Source of the DNA: an uncultured Pirellulaceae bacterium
GTDB taxonomy: Bacteria; Planctomycetota; Planctomycetia; Pirellulales; Pirellulaceae
DNA length: 33,631 nt
Direction: 5' to 3'
Assembly (NCBI GenBank): GCA_964418725.1
Contig: CAYQMZ010000004.1
Coordinates: 1-33,631 of the forward strand
Positions 11,801-20,800 of the stretch are shown here, piece after piece (position 1 is the first letter of the stretch; every line of letters starts with the position of its first letter). A program made the position numbers and the translations under genes. The notes below the pieces were generated by a model. That model was not told where the DNA came from. It was given only the letters and a program-made list of their open reading frames with translations, and did no database searches.

Positions 11801-14800
11801 TGATTCCATCATCGTCGCTATCGAGATCGAGATAGTCAGCGACTTCATCACCTTCCGATACCAGTCTGGAATCGGTATCAACTGGACTCAAGCCCTTTCC
11901 TTCATGCGTGTAGGAACCGTCAGCGTTCTGTCCCACGCCTACCTGCGAGCTATCGTAGCGATCATCAAGGCCATCACGATTTCCATCGATAAATGCAGAG
12001 GTTCCGCCGATTCCACTGGGTGCGATGTAGTTCGCGGTTGACTGAGCTTCGACGTTGTCAGTGATGCCATCGTTGTCGCTGTCGATGTCAAGGCGGTCGA
12101 CAATCCCGTCATTGTCACGGTCAAGATCGGAATCCGGGTTGGTTGGCGCTACTTTCAAGTCAAAGCCGAACCGCATCGAGATGTAGCCGGTATATGACTG
12201 TGGATTGATTCTCAGGCCGATCCAGTCATTGCCGGTATCGGCGACCATGTTGGTCACTTTTGTATTGCGATCGTTGTTTGCACTGAAGATCGCCCCGCCG
12301 TCGATATCGACCCAAGTCGTGCCGTCCTTGGTGCCTTGCAATTTGTAAGACGTCACCCATTGATTATGGTTGGCTCGTCCTTGAGTTGTAACGCTGGTGA
12401 TTGCACTTGGCTCATCGAACATCATGCCGATGAACTGATTCTGGTTTAGTTGCCCGTTACCCGCAGACCAGCCTTGAGGACTATCCAATGCGGGCGTGTT
12501 GTGATTGGCATCGTAGATACTGCTGACGATGTAATTCGGGCTATTCTGATCCGCGTTCAGGAAGTACTCTTCGCCCGCAAGGCCTCCAGCATCTTCGACG
12601 ACATCCAGAATGCCATCGTTGTCGTCGTCGATGTCCGCTTCGTCGTGAACGTTGTCACGATCGGTGTCGATGGCTTCGCGGAAGTCCGCGTCGATATCAA
12701 GCGTGATCGCGGTTGTTGGGTCGCCACCCAGGTCGCCGTCTGAATCCAGCAGTGCAATCAAAGTCGCACCGCGGTTTTCATCATTGACAACGAAACCATC
12801 GTTGGCGTCAGCGCCTTCGACTTCGTCCATCAACCCGTCACCATCAGCATCGTTGTGCAAGTCAATGGTGGCTTGTGCGACGCCGTGGCCGGCTTCAGCC
12901 GTGTCGCTGATGCCGTCGTTGTCGCTGTCGGTGTCCAAGTAGTCAGCGACTCGGTCGGAGCCCGGCATGGTGCTGTCGCTATCGACCGGCGTGATCGAAT
13001 AGCCAAACGCATCGTTGACGATGCGGACGCTGTCCAAATTCAGATCAATGCCGTTGGAGGTCGGCGAAATGTCCGTGAATCGTAGTTCGGTTTCGGCGCT
13101 TTGTGCTGTAAACGTCAGCGTGAAAGTTTGCACGCCTTCCTGTACTTGAACAGTACCGTCATCGACGGCCAGCTGTGTGATGCCATCCCAGGCTTCGGCT
13201 CGCATCGCTGCATCCACGTTGGCAACACCGTTGGCCCAGATGTCGTAGCTGACCGTGTACGTTTCGCCCAGGACGGTATCGACCGTCTGGCTGACCACGC
13301 CGTTGGGCATTAAGTTCGACCAGTTGAAGTTGATTCGATCGCCGGTGTAGCGGGAATTACCAGTCAGAGTCCAGCCGTCAGCGTTGCCGGCAAAGTTGCC
13401 ATTGACGACTTGTGTCGAATTGTCGGTTGGATCGTAGACATCATCCAGGCCATCGCCATCGAGGTCACGGAAGTCAGCGGTACCGCCCAATCCGGATGGA
13501 GACACGTAGCGCGCTGTCGATTGACCTTCCACGTTGTCGGTGATGCCATCGTTGTCGCTGTCGATGTCCAGGTGGTCTGATACGCCGTCACCGTCGGAAT
13601 CACCCGGGCTTTGCGAAACAGTGAATCGCAGGTTGTCAAATGCCATGTTGGCGCTGGTGGCATTGCCGATAAGTCCGAGTTCAAAACCGATCGTCTGTCC
13701 AATCAGTGGATCACCGGCTGGAATGACCAGTTTATAAGTCCAGGTTTCGTAGACACCGCTGGCGGGTATCGGTTCGGACGACATTGCCGGCGTCACCGCA
13801 GTTCCGGCATCGGTAGTCGTCGTCCCGGAGCGGAAACCGGCAAACACGGTTGTCGGGAACGGAGCGTTGTTGAAGTTACCGACGTCAATGCTGACTTCGT
13901 ACGTTCCAGCTTGAAACGTCTCATCTGACAACCACCAACGACTGGCAGACTGACCTGCTGTAACGTTGCTATTGAAGTGCAGTTGCTGCGTACCTGCGGT
14001 CGGTGTCAGCCCCGCTGTAGCTGTCAGGAAACCGCCTCCCGTTCCATACAATCCAGATGCCGAATCAATCGAGTTGGCCACTCCGAAAGTGCCGATTTCA
14101 ATTGCATCGATGATCCCGTCGTTGTCGTCGTCGACGTCTTGGAAGTTGCCAACGCCGTCGCGATCCGGGTCAAGGTCCATGATGTCGAACCGCAGCACAC
14201 CGGTCGCTTCATCACTCGCACTGGCCGCCGGCTCGATCGTCCTGACATGAATCGAATCCTGAATCGCGCCCAGCGCTTCGTGATCCTGCAAACCGGACAG
14301 CGTGTACTCGTAGTTGACCAGCAGAGTCGCCGGGGCGTAGCTCGTAATCACCAACGAGCCAATGCTGCTGTTGATCGTCAGCGGGTTGTTGACTGAATCG
14401 AGCAGTTCGGCTTCGGTGAACGATACCGTGCCGGTGTCACTGGTGAACTCGATCGTTTCCAGGCCATTCGGACGAATGATCGTGAAGTTGCCGACAAGCG
14501 TCTCACCGGTACCCGCTTCGTTGATTTGACCGGCCAAATCGTTTTCGTGAACAGTGCCTTCAGTCGCGGTCGTCGACGAGCCGCTGGTAGTTACGATCGC
14601 CGGTTCGGTGTGGAAGTCGATTGTCTGCACGGTTTGATCGGCGAACTGCATGTCTTCCACATCGCAGAAGACAATGTCTGTGCCGTCCCGACCGGCGACT
14701 GTGTCCTGAACCGTCAGGCTTCCGTCGCCGTTGTCGGTGATGACGTAGTCGGCAAAGTCGCCGATAAAGACGGACGTATCCTGCCCGTCGCCACCGATGT

Positions 14801-17800
14801 GAGTGTCAGCACCCGTTCCGCCAGTCAGAATGTCGTCGCCATCCTGACCGATCAGCAGGTCGTTGGCTCCGTTACCGTATAGCTCGTCGTTGCCTTCGCC
14901 GCCCCGCAACACGTCGTCGCCTTCGACAGTGATTTCAGTGACGGCTTCGACTAGCGAAACAGTGCCGCCTCCGCCACTAAATGTGACCAACTCGACGTCT
15001 TTGATAATGTCGGTACCGTCACGTCCTTCAACCGTATCTATGATCGTGAAGGAGTTGTTGCCGTTGTCGGTGATGATATAGTCGTCCTGCCGACCTTGCA
15101 GGATCACGCGATCACTGCCGCCTCCACCATCAACGGAATCGTTGCCCCACGTCATCGTGATGACATCGTTGCCCGAACCGCCAAAAACTGTGTCGTTACC
15201 AAAGTTGCCGTTGATGCTCAGGTTTTCAGACTGGCCGCTGCCGTCGATCACGTCATCGCCGTAACCACCGGTGAAGATCTCGATGCCGGTGACGTTGAGG
15301 TCAATGTTGACGTCGGCTGAGTCTGTGGCGGTGCGCACCGTATCGCGTCCAGCACCCATATTGATCGATTCACCGGCTTCATAGTCGTTGACTGTATCGC
15401 TGCCGTCGCCACCATCGAAGCTGTCGACTCCTTCGCCACCAGTCATGTTGTCATTGCCAAGGCCACCGGTGATTTGGTCGTCGCCCTCGTTGCCATTTAG
15501 CGCATCACCTAGTTGGCCGCCAATCAGGATGTCGTTTCCGGCTCCGGCCTGAATGTTGACTGCGAAATCGACCTTGTCAGTGGCGTCGAAGACATCGTTA
15601 CCGGTCGCTTCGTAGCTGGGGATGCCGCTGGATCGAGCAAGCTCAATCACTTCGATACCCTGAGCCGTCATGTCGATGGTGACGCCACCCGAACGAGGAT
15701 CAACACGGACATAGTCGTAGCCGGTGCCGCCGTCGAGCAGCGTATCGGTGTTGTTATACTGGAAGAAGCGATCGTTACCTGCGCCACCACTCAGGCTGTC
15801 CGCGCCCAGACCGCCATAAATGGCATCGCCGCCGTCACCGCCGCTAATCGTATCGGCTCCGTCGCCACCGTTGAGACTGTCGCCAAACTGGCTGCCGATC
15901 AGAATGTCGTCGCCATCTCGGGCTAAGAAACTGACGGACGTATCCAGTACGTTGCTGCCGTCAAGAATATCGTCGCCGCTCCACGTGCTGATTACCTCGA
16001 AATCAATCTGTGTCGAGTCGAGATGAATCGATTGATCTGTCGAGACAAATGACAGTGTGTCACGACCCGAACCACCATCTAAGTCTCCCGGAGTGCCCGC
16101 GATGAACGCGTCGGCGCCCGCGTCAAAGACCAGCCCAACGTCAATTCCCAGCTCGAAGTTCTGAACGTTGTCGGCTCCATCGCCACCATTAAACGTGTCG
16201 CTGCCGCCGCTGCCGTTGAGCGTATCATTGCCATCTCCGCCGATCAGAATATCGTCGCCGCCTTGACCTTGAAGGTTGTCGGCGCCAGCACCACCGGTGA
16301 CTGTGTCGTCACCGTGACCCGCGTAGACCGTGTCGTTTCCGGCTCCAGCATCAATCACATCGTCGCCGCCACCGCTGTTGTCTCTGCCGTGCTGGTCGTT
16401 GCCGCCGTAGATGATGTCGTTGCCGTCGCCGCCGGAGAGGTTATCGTTGCCTTCGCCGCCAATTAGCGAGTCACCCAATCTGGTACCGGTGATAGTGTCA
16501 TCGCCCGACCACCCGTAGATGACTGTTCCCGCGTCCGTTTGGGCCGACCAGTCGATGATATCGTCCTGATAGGTTCCCCGCACACGCTCGAACTCGCCAC
16601 CAAAGATGGTGTCATCGATGTTAATGCCTGGATGAGCCACGTCGTAGCCAAGCGTATCGATGCCACCGCCGATGTTGGTGATCGAGACGTCTTCGATCGG
16701 GTTGTAGTCCGCAACGTAGTCATTGCCGGCTCCACCGCCGATGAATGTGTCGGCACCTGCGCCACCGGTTAGCGTGCCACCTCCGGTTCCCTGATTGAGC
16801 ACGTCGTCGCCGCTGCCGCCGTTGAGGTTGTCGTTGCCGCCTTCACCCAGCAGCGTATCGTTGCCAGCGTGCCCGGCGATGTTGTCGTTGCCTATACCAC
16901 CTTCCAACTGGTCAGCACCACCGTGCCCGCTGATGCTGTCGTTACCGTCGCCGCCACGGATGGTGTCGTTGCCCGCGTAACCCTGCAGGTTGTCGCTGCC
17001 GGCGTTGCCTTCGATCGTGTTGTCACCATAATCGCCCAGGATGGTGTTGTTGTTCGCGTTGCCGACCAAGGTGTCGCTACCGACTCCAAGGTTGTAGTGG
17101 GTTCCGGTAACGTTGATCGATTCGGCAACATCAATGAACTGCACTGAGACTTGCTGAGTCAGTGTTGTTGCTCCGTCGGTCACGCGAACGGTAACAACAT
17201 GAGGTGAATAGCCGGATGTGCCCAGAACGCCATTGGTTGTATCCCCTTCAAGGCTGCCGTTGCCTGTATAGGTCAACTCGCCGGTGCCCGAGTCGATCGC
17301 GAACCGTCCTCCGGCGTTCGAAGTCAGGCTCCACGATTCCGTTCCGGCCAGCGGACTGTTCAGCTGCACCACACCGGCGCTGTCACCAGCTGCCGCGTCT
17401 TCATTGATACGAAATACGGCGAACGAATTGCTGCCAATGTCCACGCGCATTTGCACAACATCCGCCATTGCGACGGTTTGATCCGCAAACTCAAGAAATT
17501 CGACGTTGCGAATCTGAACCGCGTCACTGCCATCTCGGCCAGATACTGAATCGGCGACGACTAGATTCGTATTGGATTGGGTGAGTGTGTAGTCAGCAAA
17601 GTTCCCGATGAAGACAGCCGTATCGACGCCGTAGTCACCTCGGATGACGTCGTTGCCTTCGCCACCTGCCAGTCGGTCATCTCCACCGCCACCGACAAGC
17701 GAGTCGTTACCTGCGCCTCCTTCCAGGACGTCGTTGCCCTGGCGCGGTTCTGAAATGGTGTTGTTGGTGAGTTGGAAATCGCCGTACAGCGTATCGTTGC

Positions 17801-20800
17801 CGTCGCCGCCGCGCACGATATCATCGCCACGCGAACCTTCCAGACGGTCGTTCCCACCGTTGCCCTCAATCAGGTCATCTTCGTCCTGACCACGCAGGTC
17901 ATCATTCAATTCCGAACCGAAAATCTGGTCTTCTCCAGCTCCGGAATAGATGATGATTCGTTGATCTGTCTTGCCGGTCGCATCAAAGACATCATCGCCA
18001 ACCAAGCCCGCTCCGCTGGTAATCTGTTCGATCTCCAGCGCGTTCATATCAAACGTCAGCCCGAAACCGGCAGCATTGGCGTTCATCTCCTGCGCCGCAA
18101 CGCTCATGATGTCGAAGCCATCGCCACCAACGACGATATCGCCATCTGAAAAGCTGACATTGTTGATCGTGTCGTTGCCGTCTCCTGCGTCGATCGTATC
18201 GGCACCGGCATCACCGGAGATGTTGTCGTTACCCGCGCCGCCACTGATTTTGTCGTCGCCTGCCTGACCATCGAGGATATCGTTCTGGGCACTACCAACT
18301 AGCGTATCGTCGCCATAGCCCGCGTAGATCCGTACCGCAGAAGTCTGCGTTGCCGCGTCATAAGTGTCGTCGCCAGATCCTCGGGTCGCGTTGTTGGCGC
18401 CGCTGTTGCCGTTGATGTCGGTGTTAATCCACTCGACGCTAGTCGCACCCATGTCGATGTTGACGGGGACACCATCCGTCGCAACCGACACGGTGTCGTT
18501 GCCGGCTCCGCCCTCGATCGTGTTGTCGTTGTCCGACAAAATGAACTGGTCATTTCCGGCGCCGCCAATCAACGTGTCGGCACCCAGTCCGTCATAGATG
18601 TAGTCTCGACCGCCACCACCTACAATCACATCGTCACCGTCGTAACCGCGCAGGTTATCGAGGTCCTGTTCACTGCCGGTGATCGTGTCGTTCCCCTCGC
18701 CGCCCCAGATATTCACATTGAATCCGGTGACGTTAGAACCGTCGTAGACGCTGTCGGCTTCCAAAGTCGTCCCGTAAACGTTTTCCACGTTGTACGAGGC
18801 AAGATCAAATGTGCCGACCACGATGCTGTTGCGAATCGTGACCGAATCATCGCCCGAGCCAGCATCGAGGGACGTGTCTTCCTGCAGGTTGAAGTCGGTG
18901 ATGTTGTCGTTGCCTGCACCACCAATGAACGTGTCCGCACCGACTCCACCGTAGAACGTGTCGTTGCCGGTATTGCCTTTTAAGAGATCGTCGCCACCCT
19001 GACCGAACAACTGGTCGTTGCCGGCCCCACCGTCCAGGTCGTCGTTGTCATCTTGTCCGTAAAGCCGATCGTTCCCGGCACCGGCCCGAACAATGTCGTT
19101 ACCATCCCCCATGAAGAAATCGTCGCTCGTGTTGTCCGCTGTGTCGTCTACGACATCATCGAATGCAGATCCAACGTAGTCTTCAAAGTTCCGGAAGTCG
19201 GTCGTAACCCAGTTGATCGCTGGCGAACCACTGTCGGCCCGCAGCGCGTCAGTCCCTGAGCCACCATCAATGACAGTATCAGCCGGATCGTAGTAGACGT
19301 TGTCGTTACCTGATCCACCGTATAGCTCATCCGCGCCTAAACCACCGCGGATGTTGTCGTTTCCGCCTCCACCATCGACGATGCCATCGCCCGAGTCCCC
19401 AGTCAGAACCTGGCTGGCATTGTTACCGATGATGTTATCACCCGCATTGCCCCGGTCGGTGTAGTGGCTTGTCGGATTGAGCGTCTCCTTCACATCAAAC
19501 AGGTTCGCCGTGAACGGTTTGATGTGAGTCGCGATGTCGTCGGTAACGCCCAAGGAGAAGCTGTAGAACAGTTTCTCAAAATCCGCGTCATTCAACTGCG
19601 CGCCAGTGCGGACACGCAGTTCATTTCCGACGACTTCCAGCAATGCATCCGGATCATCCTGCACGCTAAATGTGATCGATCCCGAAGTTCCCCTCGCCGT
19701 CAAAGTCGCCAACAGAGTGCCTTCAGGCGACTCCTCATCCCAGTCCAGGTCGCTGGGCGTGATCTCAACCGGCGAATCGCCGTACAAGCGGTTCTCGCCA
19801 GTGTCACCCTGAATCGTGTCATCGCCATTAAGTCCGATGACGGTATCACCCTGGTCACCACGGTCTATATAGTTGTTGTTCCCGTTGTTGAGGAATATCT
19901 CTTCAAAAATGTCCTCAAAGTCGATCGTCACGGTCACGGTGTCGGTGTCCGCTTTGGGATCGGTCACACGCACGGTGACTTGCCAACTGCGATCGCCCAG
20001 GGATTCGAAGTCGGGCATTGCGGCGCCGGGACGCACGATCAGATTGTCGCCACTGACAACAAACAGTCCGTTCGATGTGTCTTTGATGATTCTAGATACG
20101 AGCGGATCACCGTCCGGATCACTAGCTCCAAACGTCGCGACAACGGTTCCACCTGGCAGGTTTTCATCAACATCCTGCGTTTGATCGTTGCCGGCTTCCG
20201 GTTTTCGGTTCGTTGCCGAATCTGAAACGATGATGCTGGCCGTCGACGTCGCTCCAAACGGATCAGACACCGTGTAGCTCACAGAACTTGAGCCACTAAA
20301 GCCCGCGTCCGGCGTAAACACCAACGTGTTGTCGGGCTGAATCACGACGGTACCGTCAGGCGAACTAGCGCTGACGATCCTCAGCGGATCCAGATCAACA
20401 TCGATGTCGTTAATGCCAACGGGGTCGATCACTGTCGACACACCTGGGGAAACCAGAATATCGCCATCGTCAACGGCCACAGGCACGTCATTCACAGATA
20501 CGACGTTGATTACAGCATTGGCAACACGGCTGTAATCACGACCGTTGTTGCTCGCCACGTCTAGCACTTGGAAACCGACGGTGCGGATGCCGTCCGCCGG
20601 ATGCTCGCTGGTATGCGAATACTGAACGGACTCAAAAATTTGCTCGGCTTCCGCCAAGGTAATGCGACCGCCCGATTTGGTGATCGTGAATCCACCAGTT
20701 CCACTGGATCCATGGCGTCCAACGTTGAACGTCGAGCCAGCTATGGCAAAGGTCCCGGTGCCAGTACGCGCGGGGAACGACTCTCCCATGATGGTGATCA

